32,000 bases of DNA from Raphidiopsis brookii D9. GTDB lineage: Bacteria; Cyanobacteriota; Cyanobacteriia; Cyanobacteriales; Nostocaceae. Where the stretch lies: assembly GCA_000175855.1 (NCBI GenBank), contig ACYB01000004.1:1-32000 (forward strand), written 5' to 3'. A program made the translations under genes and the position numbers. Positions 19,852-28,539 of this stretch are shown piece after piece (the stretch's first letter is position 1; each line of letters begins with the position of its first letter). The notes under the pieces were generated by a model, which saw only the letters and a program-made list of their open reading frames with translations, was not told the DNA's origin and ran no database searches.

Positions 19852-20100
19852 TTACTTTGCGATAAATGTTTCTACTTGTTTCTTAGCTTCATAACGGTTG
19901 CTAACAATTGGTACTTCTTGACGCACTTGAGTAAAATACTCATTAGGACGAGGTGTACCAAATACATCATAAGCCAGACCTGTGCTGACAAACAACCATC
20001 CAGCGACAAATAAAGCAGGAATGGTGATGCTATGAATTACCCAGTAACGAATACTGGTTACAATGTCCGAAAATGGACGTTCTCCAGTGGTACCTGACAT
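19852..20100 (-). CDS. psbE: Cytochrome b559 alpha subunit PsbE
   Basis: 82 aa: [58 protein letters not shown]. Heads the canonical psbEFLJ order. Confidence 0.97.
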   Translation of the reverse strand: MSGTTGERPFSDIVTSIRYWVIHSITIPALFVAGWLFVSTGLAYDVFGTPRPNEYFTQVRQEVPIVSNRYEAKKQVETFIAK

Positions 20101-20176
20101 TTAGACTACTACCTTTGCAAAAACTACTATTGATTCTATCAAAAAAAGGTCATAGTCCCCATTATATTTGGAAGGG

Positions 20177-20220
20177 AGGTGCTATAAAAGCACCTTAGTG
20201 ATTAAGCCTAAGTTTGGCTT
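20177..20220. terminator. Two adjacent hairpins between the phycobilin lyase gene 3' end and psbE
   Basis: AGGTGCT-ATAAA-AGCACCT (20177..20195) and AAGCC-TAAGTTT-GGCTT (20204..20220), downstream of the lyase stop on the minus strand. Confidence 0.5.
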
Positions 20221-20253
20221 GATATTTTTCTACCACTAACTATGAGCTAATCT

Positions 20254-22581
20254 TTACTTAGCTTTATCAGCTTGCTCTACAGCTGCTTGAGATGCAGCCG
20301 TAGTACCCATACGAATTTCGGAAGTAAAGGAGGCCATACTAAAACCCCCAAAACGTTTAAGCACTCCCACACGCATCCGCAAATTGGGACTAGCAAACCA
20401 TAGCCGCTCTTCCGAGGACATGGTTTCATACTCTGTGATCAGAGTTAATGCACCATCGTTACCCATCTTATAGGTTCCAGCTACTGGCATTTTTTCTGCA
20501 TAACCCATTTCCCTCAATAGTTTACCTTCACCCGGTTTAAGTAAGTCGGGTACAGTGACTAAAACTGTGGAACCTTCATGTTTTGGTTGAGTCGATGGAG
20601 GGTATTATCCTTCGCACCTCTCGTTTAAATCTGGGCGTGCGATTTTCACCGCACCCAGCTTCCGATGTTCTTAGCTATAGCTTTTGCCTGGAGTGTTATA
20701 AAGGGTGTAACTTTGAACCTTACCATTTCCAGGAGAGTTTTGACTGGAGTTTACTTGTGGAAACGCCTTATTTATCAGTTGCTTACTGATTTGTCGGTTT
20801 TGTTTTGTTTCGCGATTAAACACCTTGAAAGCTCTGTACTTTATATGGTAGAGGGAAAATCTCGCCCCACTCATGTTGCAGTGGCGATGGTAATTTCTCC
20901 ACTCTCCTACGATCAAGCTCAATTTCTGTGCCTTGATAGTAGCTCCATAATTCGAGTTGTTGACTATGTGTTTCACTTTCTGGCGAAAAGCTTGGAAGTC
21001 TTTTAGTCCGGGGACACATCTCAACTTTCCGTTTTTTTGCACCTGAAAATGCCAAGTGAGAAAATCAAACCCATCTGTCGCTGCAATTAGTTTGGTTTCT
21101 TCCGTAGCTAATTCTATGCCATATTTTGCCAGGGAATGACGAACAGTGTCAAGTATTGTTTCTGGATGATCCTGGGGTTGGAGGATAATCACTATTTCGC
21201 TCCCATACCAAACTAATTTGCCTATATCTTCTATTCCCTTGAAGAAAATATTAGCCAGCAAGGAGGTTATCGGGTTCTCCGCTAAAACACATTCTGACCT
21301 AATCCCCCGTTTGATTTCCACAGGAGCTATTAGTCTTTTGCAAATTGCTCTTGGGTTGATTTTTTCCAGAGATTTCCCCAAATCAATTTTGATCACTCTT
21401 GTTTGATGACCAGGAATTTCCGATAGATATACTTGTAACATTATTTGTACATCCTGGGGGGAAAATCCTCGTTTCCATCCATAACTGTGGAGGTGGAAAT
21501 TAGTTTCATGAGCTGGCTCTAAGGCGTATTTAATCACCCAATGCCATGCTTGTTGTCTAATGGTAGGGGATAAAACCTCTGTAAGAGAATTTGCCTGTAA
21601 TACTTGACGAATGGCCAGTAATTGTGCTGACGTAGATTTTAAGATTAGCTTTTGAAGAGACTTAGCCTTGCGCAGGTCTCCAACTCGAACGGCTTTGTAC
21701 ACTCGTTTTTGTAAGCGGAAGAGATTGCGGCGAAATTGTCGCCAGGGTAACCTCTGCCAAGATTCACTAACATTTCTGTTGTGTCTAATCATACTTTAAC
21801 TCCAACTTGTGTATTCTGAACACCTCCGACCAATTACGGTCAGTCCTACCCGAAGTGAGGGAATTTTGCTTCTCGTCAAGCCTACTTGGGTTTTAACCTT
21901 CCCTAGACCCTCAATTCGTTTTTATTCGTTCCCCCGGTTAGATTGTTAGTTTCCTTAGGTGTAGTCAATTCAACTACTGGTTTCCCAAGACTCTGACCGC
22001 TAATCCAAGAAAATGCGGCGGGAAATATATCCAGTCAAGTCGGGTTTTAATATTGTGTCCCGCTTATGGGTAAGTTGCTTTTTTAGACTCTGTTTCACCG
22101 TAGAAACACCCCATTAGCACCAGTGTCATCCCACAACGGATGTCTGATTGCACCCTGTTCCCAGCTTCACCCTCCAGTTACCGAGTCTGGTCAGTGTGGG
22201 CAGATCGGGAGTCACACCTGAGTCTGGTGGATGGGACTTTCACCCATATCCAACTGAGAGTTCAACCTTCATCTACGTTCTATTAATAGTTGAGGTTGGT
22301 GAGGTTATTACGGATTAGTTACCGATGTTAGCCCACAACGAATCGCACTCTTGGTCCCATTCCATGGTTCCTTTCCAGGTGACTCTTGCTCCACAAGAAG
22401 CTGCATCGGGAATAATGGAATACTGTTCACACAGTTTAATTACTTCTGGATGGTCTACGGTGAGTATGTCTATTACAATGTCTGATTTACCATCTTCTGA
22501 CTGTTTAAAGGCTAAATGGTGGCTAGTACGGTGGGAAAACCACTTTCCAGCACTTAATTCGAAAAACTCTTCCACATTCAT
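20254..22581 (-). CDS. cpcS: CpcS/CpeS-type phycobiliprotein chromophore lyase, interrupted by a group II intron (exon 1 22349..22581, exon 2 20254..20584)
   Basis: N-terminal [30 protein letters not shown]...[16 protein letters not shown] and C-terminal ORF ...[72 protein letters not shown]. In-frame joining gives 564 nt (187 aa + stop) with a continuous ...[37 protein letters not shown].... Confidence 0.88.
20628..20662 (-). ncRNA. Group II intron domain V
   Basis: AAAUCUGGGCGUGC... reverse complement gives GAAGCUGGGUGCGGUGAAAAUCGCACGCCCAGAUUU: AGC triad, GNRA-type GUGAAA loop region and paired lower stem. Confidence 0.9.
20671..21792 (-). CDS. Reduced group II intron-encoded protein (degenerate RT, X/maturase-like C-terminus)
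   Basis: 373 aa. RT0-like N-terminus ([54 protein letters not shown]), [35 protein letters not shown]-like [13 protein letters not shown], and X domain-like [31 protein letters not shown]. No YxDD. Confidence 0.9.
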   Translation of the reverse strand: MIRHNRNVSESWQRLPWRQFRRNLFRLQKRVYKAVRVGDLRKAKSLQKLILKSTSAQLLAIRQVLQANSLTEVLSPTIRQQAWHWVIKYALEPAHETNFHLHSYGWKRGFSPQDVQIMLQVYLSEIPGHQTRVIKIDLGKSLEKINPRAICKRLIAPVEIKRGIRSECVLAENPITSLLANIFFKGIEDIGKLVWYGSEIVIILQPQDHPETILDTVRHSLAKYGIELATEETKLIAATDGFDFLTWHFQVQKNGKLRCVPGLKDFQAFRQKVKHIVNNSNYGATIKAQKLSLIVGEWRNYHRHCNMSGARFSLYHIKYRAFKVFNRETKQNRQISKQLINKAFPQVNSSQNSPGNGKVQSYTLYNTPGKSYS

Positions 22582-22665
22582 GAATCTAATTATCCTAGAG
22601 GAAAATAGCTACTAAAGAAAATATACTCAAATATTTCCAATATTTCCATTTTAATCGGTTAACGA

Positions 22666-23364
22666 CTAGACCATAGGCCCAAATTTCATACTCCACTTCA
22701 CAGTGGACTTTTTTTTTAGGGATATGGTTGCAGCTTGAGAAACATGGGGATGACTATCCTTTTCTAAGTATTTTAGAGCTGAAATACTTTTAGCTGTGGG
22801 TAGGTTCCCTAGGGCTTCTGCTAATCGTTGTCTAACTAACCAGTCCTCTGATTGTACAAATCGCAAAATATGATCTACTGACTCAATTGACCTAATTTCT
22901 CCTAACGCTGAAATCGCTGCTTGCTGAATTACTATCTCCTCACTATCCAAAGCTTTAATTAGAATATTATATGCACGCTTATCTTTTATATTACCCAAGG
23001 CTACTGCTGCACTAAATCTAACTAACCATTCCGTATCTTCGTAGAAAGCTCTTGACAAAGGTTCTACTGCTCTATTATCTCCTAAATATCCTAGAGCCCC
23101 AGCTGCATCCGCACGAATCCCATAATCGGGATCGGTTTCTAGAATTCTCACTAGAATGGAATAACATTCTGAAGTTGATTTAATTCCTAATGCAAACACT
23201 GCCATAGAGCGTAGCTGTATGGATTCGTCATTAAGAACTTTTTTGATTAGGGGAACTGCATCCTCCGCAGGAACATGTCGTAATTGTGTTAGAGCTATCA
23301 TGCGATCGCGCAAGTTCGGACTTGCTAACTGGGTGGAAATTTCCTCTAAGCTGGGAACATTCAT
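22666..23364 (-). CDS. HEAT-repeat protein
   Basis: 232 aa with repeated helical units (LRSMAVFALG, IRADAAGALGYLGD, VRFSAAVALGNIKD, IQQAAISALGEI, VRQRLAEALGNL). Adjacent to a phycobilin lyase gene. Confidence 0.82.
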   Translation of the reverse strand: MNVPSLEEISTQLASPNLRDRMIALTQLRHVPAEDAVPLIKKVLNDESIQLRSMAVFALGIKSTSECYSILVRILETDPDYGIRADAAGALGYLGDNRAVEPLSRAFYEDTEWLVRFSAAVALGNIKDKRAYNILIKALDSEEIVIQQAAISALGEIRSIESVDHILRFVQSEDWLVRQRLAEALGNLPTAKSISALKYLEKDSHPHVSQAATISLKKKSTVKWSMKFGPMV

Positions 23365-23424
23365 TATTACATCACTTTTCCATCAATACCTATTCTAGTC
23401 TGATTTGAGCTGGGGGGAAATGTT

Positions 23425-24114
23425 TTATTTTAAACTGGGTGGTAAGAGCAAATTGTCAATTTGATGAATCACACCATTGCTGGCACTAATATCTGGTTTG
23501 ATGATTTTGGCGCTGGTGCCTTTAGACTGACCATCACTTACATATACACTTTTATTTTTAGTCCTTACTTGAATTTGTTCTCCTTGTAAGCTTTTAATTG
23601 CCCCCGCTTTTAATTCCTCAGCTCCGATTCTTCCCACCACTACATGGTATCTTAATATGTCTACTAAAACTTGTTTGTTTTTGGGTCTAAACAAGTTCTG
23701 TAGCTCCCTTTTAGGAACTTTAGCAAATGCTTCATCTGTGGGAGCGAAAATGGTGAATTGTTCACCCTCTTCTAGAGTTTTTATTAGTCCTCCCGCTTCT
23801 AAGGCCCTAATCAGGGTTTTAAAATTACCTGTAGACTTGGCTACCTCAATGAGATTTTTTGCCTCCGTATCTTCTGGTATAAATATCGGTAGTTCCGGAG
23901 ATTTTGGATCTGGACTGGTAGTGGGTTGGTCGGGGGTTGGTGGGGTAGTTATTGTGGGATTGGATTGAACTATCTCCACTTTACTCCCCAGAGATGGTAA
24001 ATCCACACCCAAACTGATACTGGTTAATGCCAAAATCCCCAGGAACCCGGTGAATACTTTGACCTGACCAAATCTCCAACTGTTTGTCAAATTAGCTCTC
24101 AGTTTAAATTTCAT
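23425..24114 (-). CDS. Secreted fasciclin (FAS1) domain protein
   Basis: 229 aa with signal-like N-terminus, FTIFAPTDEAFAKVP and LVDILRYHVVVGRI...NGVIHQIDNLLLPP. Confidence 0.92.
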   Translation of the reverse strand: MKFKLRANLTNSWRFGQVKVFTGFLGILALTSISLGVDLPSLGSKVEIVQSNPTITTPPTPDQPTTSPDPKSPELPIFIPEDTEAKNLIEVAKSTGNFKTLIRALEAGGLIKTLEEGEQFTIFAPTDEAFAKVPKRELQNLFRPKNKQVLVDILRYHVVVGRIGAEELKAGAIKSLQGEQIQVRTKNKSVYVSDGQSKGTSAKIIKPDISASNGVIHQIDNLLLPPSLK

Positions 24115-24466
24115 AGATTTTGTTTGTTAGTTATTTTTTGCCGTTATTAGTTTAGTTGACCCGTATCATATTCTATGAGACTATGGGAGAAGAAATATTT
24201 AAAATATTTATTTCTATCCCAGGTGTTAAGGGTAATTAACTATTTATCCATTTACTAACTTTTATCAACTAATGCTATAGTTTAAGTATGGTTTACCTAT
24301 TGATTGGAAAAGCAGTCAAAATTTTAGGTAAATTAACTAGTTATCCACTTGCTAACTTTTGGCAACTGGTGCTAAACTAAAAACGTATTTTTCCTTAACC
24401 TAATACTGGGAACCAAAGTTGTGTTGAGGAAGTTTAAAACATTTAAGAGAATATAATTAAGAGAAT

Positions 24467-25261
24467 ATGCTGGAATTATATCAATGGGAATTATCTCACT
24501 ATTCTGAGAAAGTACGTCTATGCCTTGATTATAAAGGCTTGCAGTACCGCAAAATTGAAGTTACACCGGGGATAGGTCAGTTGGAGCTTTTCCGCTTGAC
24601 TGGACAAAAACAGGTTCCTGTGTTGAAAGATGGTAGTAACTATATTGTGGATTCTAGTGAAATCGCTAAGTATTTGGATCTGGAATATCCCGATCGCCCT
24701 TTAATACCCAAGGAGGAAAAAAAACGCGCCCAGGCACTATTATTAGAAGATTGGGCTGATGAAACCCTTGGTGTTCTGGGACGTAAAGCTTTTTTTGCTG
24801 CTGTTAGTCAAGACCTGTCTTTTCGTAAATCACTTTTACCTCTATCAACTCCGGACTTTCTCAAATCCGTAGTGGCGGGTGTTCCCGGTGATATTTTGAG
24901 TGTCTTAGGTGTGGGAGTTGGCTTCACTCCGGATGCAATTAAATCGGCGATCGCTAATTTGAAGCAAGATTTAGAAATCCTCATGGAACTATTATCGGAT
25001 AGTCCCTACCTATTGGGGGATGAACCCTGTATAGCAGATCTAGCTGTAGCGGGGTTATCAATACTATTGAAGTTCCCCACGGGTCCCTATTTAGATTTAC
25101 CCGAATCTCTTAGAGGCAAGGGTCTACCCATTCTAGCAGACAATCTTGATTATGAGCGATTTTTCACTTGGCGCGATCGCATTTATTCGCAATTCAGGAA
25201 ACCTTTAACGGGTCAAACTCCTGCTACCACTAGTGGTCTAAGTTCCATAGAAATTGATTAA
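24467..25261 (+). CDS. Glutathione S-transferase family protein
   Basis: 264 aa with thioredoxin-fold N-terminus LYQWELSHYSEKVRLCLDYKGL...KQVPVLKDG..IVDSSEIAKYLD and a helical C-terminal domain. Confidence 0.88.
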   Translation: MLELYQWELSHYSEKVRLCLDYKGLQYRKIEVTPGIGQLELFRLTGQKQVPVLKDGSNYIVDSSEIAKYLDLEYPDRPLIPKEEKKRAQALLLEDWADETLGVLGRKAFFAAVSQDLSFRKSLLPLSTPDFLKSVVAGVPGDILSVLGVGVGFTPDAIKSAIANLKQDLEILMELLSDSPYLLGDEPCIADLAVAGLSILLKFPTGPYLDLPESLRGKGLPILADNLDYERFFTWRDRIYSQFRKPLTGQTPATTSGLSSIEID

Positions 25262-25270
25262 ATAGGACTT

Positions 25271-25318
25271 GTTGGTGACCTGAGCCGGAACGCTATAGGC
25301 GTTCTGGCATCAACCAAC
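25271..25318. terminator. Nested intergenic hairpin between GST and HerA-like genes
   Basis: Outer arms GTTGGT/ACCAAC; inner 9-bp CCGGAACGC-TATAG-GCGTTCTGG (25285..25307, one G-U pair). T-rich stretch follows. Confidence 0.55.
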
Positions 25319-25350
25319 TAATTTTTTAGATCAACTGAAATGAGTTTAAA

Positions 25351-27075
25351 ATGAGTTCTGGAAATCCATTAGGTTCGGTTATTAGAGGTTCGTTAACCAA
25401 GGGGTTAGAAATCAGATTACACTCTGATGTCTCCGTAGAAGATATGCGTGTTGGTAAATTTCTGGTCATCCAAGGTTCGCGTTCTCGTTTCTTTTGCATG
25501 GTAACTGATGTTGCTCTAGGAACAGCAAATGAACGGATTATAGCCAGTCCTCCCAATTGGGAAGATACTTTTTTAAGGGAGGTTTTGGCTGGTAGCAGTA
25601 CTTACGGTATCGTCACCTTGGCACCAATGCTCATGTTTACACCAGAAGATACGGAGCATGCTTCTAACGGTAAAACTGCCCAGAATTCAGCATTTTCTGG
25701 GAATGGTTTGGCATCTTTTCAACCTCAAACCGCAACCACAATGGAACTGCTACCGGTAAAAACCATACCTACTCACTTTAGTCAGGTTTACGAAGCTGAG
25801 GAATATGATTTTCGCAAAGTTTTTGGATGGGAAGACGATCAGCAGCGCAAAAACTTCTCGATTGGTAAACCCCTGGATATGGATGTGCCAGTTTGTATTG
25901 ACTTGAATCGGTTTGTAGAAAGGAGTAATGGGGTTTTTGGTAAATCTGGAACTGGTAAATCCTTTCTCACCCGGTTACTTTTAGCTGGTGTTATCCGTAA
26001 AAATGCTGCTGTCAACCTAATTTTTGATATGCACTCCGAATATGGTTGGGAAGCGGTAGCAGAGGGTAAAGAAGTAAGCACGGTCAAGGGTCTGAAACAA
26101 CTATTTCCTGACAAGGTAGAAGTTTACACCTTAGATCCGGAAGCGACTAAGCGAAGAGGTGTTAGGGATGCACAGGAGCTATATCTCAACTATGAGCAAA
26201 TAGAAGTAGAAGATCTGAAACTTTGTGCCAATGAGTTAGGAGTTAGTGATGCCTCAATGGATAGTGCCAGCATCCTATATAAACAGTTAGGTGACCGTTG
26301 GATTCCGGAATTATTGGGGATGACAGGGGATGACATCAAATTGTTTTGCGATGAAAATCCCGGTCATGTGGGGTCAATTGCAGCTTTGCAGCGCAAATTA
26401 ATGCGACTTGAGAACCTGAAATATATACGAAATGCACGTAAAGATAACTATATTAAGAAAATAGTGCAATCTTTGGAAGCTGGGAAAAATGTAGTGATAG
26501 AATTTGGAACACAGTCAAACATGCTATCATATATGTTGGTAACCAACATGATTACCAGACGTATACATGATCACTATGTTACCAAAGCGGACAAATTTTT
26601 GCACAGCAAAAATCCGCTGGATAAGCCAACACCACTAATGATTACAATAGAAGAAGCCCATAGGTTTCTTGATTCTGCAGTAGTTCAAAGTACCATATTT
26701 GGCACCATCGCTAGGGAGTTGAGAAAGTATTTTGTCACCCTTTTGGTGGTTGATCAGCGCCCATCGGGAATAGATAATGAAATCATGTCCCAGATTGGCA
26801 CCCGGATTACAGCTTTGCTAAATGACGAAAAGGATATTGAGGCAATTTTTACTGGGGTATCAGGTGGTAGCGTACTACGTTCAGTATTAGCGAAGCTGGA
26901 CTCTAAGCAGCAAGCTCTAATCCTAGGTCACGCGGTGCCAATGCCTGTAGTAATACGTACTCGGGCATACGATGGAGTGTTTTATAAAGAGATTGGTGAT
27001 GTAGATTGGCAAGAGATGTCGGATGTGGAGGTTTTTACTGCTGCTAAGCTGGCTAAAGCAGATTTAGGTTTTTAG
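25351..27075 (+). CDS. HerA-like DUF87 ATP-binding protein
   Basis: 574 aa with HAS-barrel-like N-terminus, Walker A GVFGKSGTGKSF, Walker B LMITIEEAHRFL and sensor-like VVDQRPSGIDNEIMSQIGTRI. Confidence 0.88.
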   Translation: MSSGNPLGSVIRGSLTKGLEIRLHSDVSVEDMRVGKFLVIQGSRSRFFCMVTDVALGTANERIIASPPNWEDTFLREVLAGSSTYGIVTLAPMLMFTPEDTEHASNGKTAQNSAFSGNGLASFQPQTATTMELLPVKTIPTHFSQVYEAEEYDFRKVFGWEDDQQRKNFSIGKPLDMDVPVCIDLNRFVERSNGVFGKSGTGKSFLTRLLLAGVIRKNAAVNLIFDMHSEYGWEAVAEGKEVSTVKGLKQLFPDKVEVYTLDPEATKRRGVRDAQELYLNYEQIEVEDLKLCANELGVSDASMDSASILYKQLGDRWIPELLGMTGDDIKLFCDENPGHVGSIAALQRKLMRLENLKYIRNARKDNYIKKIVQSLEAGKNVVIEFGTQSNMLSYMLVTNMITRRIHDHYVTKADKFLHSKNPLDKPTPLMITIEEAHRFLDSAVVQSTIFGTIARELRKYFVTLLVVDQRPSGIDNEIMSQIGTRITALLNDEKDIEAIFTGVSGGSVLRSVLAKLDSKQQALILGHAVPMPVVIRTRAYDGVFYKEIGDVDWQEMSDVEVFTAAKLAKADLGF

Positions 27076-27507
27076 TTGCGAACCCGTGTGAGGCTCTTGC
27101 TTTGCCAATTTCGTAATATCCACCATGGAAAAACTAGGATTGGTTCGGTTATCAGGTAAGCTGTGGTAACACAAAAAACTACTCCTCAAGTCATAATAGA
27201 AGCATAGGTGTCTTGGTAGAATAGCAAATCCCCAGAGTTAATGATACAGCAGTGATGGGATTGTCGTAACATATTCCTGAGTTTTTAGGAACAAGGGTCG
27301 GGGTAACAGCGTCGTGATTACAAATACACTAAATCAACGACTGTGATAATTTTAATCAGCTTTGAAATCTAGCTTTGGAAATGTAGCTCGACTGAAAATA
27401 TACCTCCTTATCATAGTAATCAGGAGATAAGCGAGGGGATAGTCCCAAGAAAGAGTGGTTTTGTATAGGTGTATATAGGTGTATATAAAGTAAGGGGTAA
27501 AGTACTA

Positions 27508-28491
27508 ATGTCTACTGTTAAAAAAGAAAGTGATAATGGAAAAACCAAATTGACAGCGGATATGGTGCGAACCTATCTGCGAGAAATCGGTCGCGTACCG
27601 CTGTTGAACCGGGAACAGGAAATAATCTACGGTAAGCAAGTGCAGCAAATGATGATCTTAGTGGAAGCTAAGGAAGCACTAGCTAAAGAACTGGGGTATG
27701 AACCAAGTTTATCAGAATGGGCAATTTATGTTAACCAGTCGGAGAATGACCTAAAACATAAAATATCCACGGGTAAGCGAGCTAAGCAAAAGATGATTGA
27801 AGCCAATCTAAGACTAGTCGTAGCAATTGCTAAGAAGTACCAAAAGCGGAATATGGAATTTCTGGATTTGATTCAAGAAGGAACTCTGGGATTAGAACGG
27901 GGGGTAGAGAAGTTTGACCCTACCATGGGTTATAAGTTTTCTACCTATGCTTACTGGTGGATCCGTCAAGCAATTACCAGAGCAATTGCTCAACAAGGAA
28001 GAACTATTCGTCTCCCCATCCATATTACCGAAAAGTTGAACAAAATCAAAAAAGTGCAAAGGGAGTTGGCGCAAAAGTTAGGGAGGTCTCCTTCACCGAC
28101 GGAGATTGCTAAGGAATTGGAGTTGGAACCTGCTCAAATTCGAGAGTATTTGAATATAGCTCGTCAACCAATTTCCCTGGACGTGCGAGTCGGTGACAAT
28201 CAGGATACAGAGCTGCAAGAAATGTTAGAAGATGATGGCCTGTCACCTGAGCATTACACCACCCAGGAGTTTTTGCGTCATGACCTCAATAACCTATTAG
28301 CAGAACTGACTCCTCAGCAGAGGGAAGTGGTGACTTTGCGGTTTGGGTTAGAAGATGGGAACGAAATGTCTTTAGCTAAGGTTGGGGATCGGTTGAATAT
28401 TAGTCGCGAGCGGGTTCGTCAACTTGAACATCAAGCTCTGACACATTTACGTCGTCGTAGGAGTAATGTAAAAGAATATGTTACTAATTAA
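27508..28491 (+). CDS. Sigma-70 family RNA polymerase sigma factor (group 2 type, no region 1.1)
   Basis: [20 protein letters not shown] (1.2), [61 protein letters not shown] (2), and [31 protein letters not shown] (4). The track starts at GTG 27469, but ATG 27508 (MSTVKK) looks more likely. Confidence 0.92.
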   Translation: MSTVKKESDNGKTKLTADMVRTYLREIGRVPLLNREQEIIYGKQVQQMMILVEAKEALAKELGYEPSLSEWAIYVNQSENDLKHKISTGKRAKQKMIEANLRLVVAIAKKYQKRNMEFLDLIQEGTLGLERGVEKFDPTMGYKFSTYAYWWIRQAITRAIAQQGRTIRLPIHITEKLNKIKKVQRELAQKLGRSPSPTEIAKELELEPAQIREYLNIARQPISLDVRVGDNQDTELQEMLEDDGLSPEHYTTQEFLRHDLNNLLAELTPQQREVVTLRFGLEDGNEMSLAKVGDRLNISRERVRQLEHQALTHLRRRRSNVKEYVTN

Positions 28492-28539
28492 ACTAATTAA
28501 TAGTAATTAGCAATTAGCAGCTGACGGCGATCGCTTGTT

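Larger units (their letters stand above)
20585..22348 (-). mobile_element. Group II intron (about 1764 nt, IIB-like by inference) inserted in the lyase gene
   Basis: 5' end GUGCGAUUCG. Domain V AAGCUGGGUGCGGUGAAAAUCGCACGCCCAG at ~20628..20662. Domain VI candidate at ~20586..20625 with a branch A in CGACUCAAC. ORF-containing domain IV. EBS1 candidates UCUUGG (22005..22010 or 21985..21990) complementary to IBS1 CCAAGA (22349..22354). EBS2 CCCAU (22066..22070) complementary to IBS2 AUGGG (22356..22360). Confidence 0.92.

Noticed and set aside
20665-21006. 113-aa plus-strand [18 protein letters not shown]...
   Set aside because: Antisense to the intron-encoded protein and domain V; no recognisable domain. 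The minus-strand reading is clearly the biological one.
22315-22377. Terminal residues [10 protein letters not shown] of the N-terminal lyase ORF as genuine protein
   Set aside because: They are translated from the intron 5' end (GUGCGAUUCGUUGUGGGCUAAC), not from lyase sequence.
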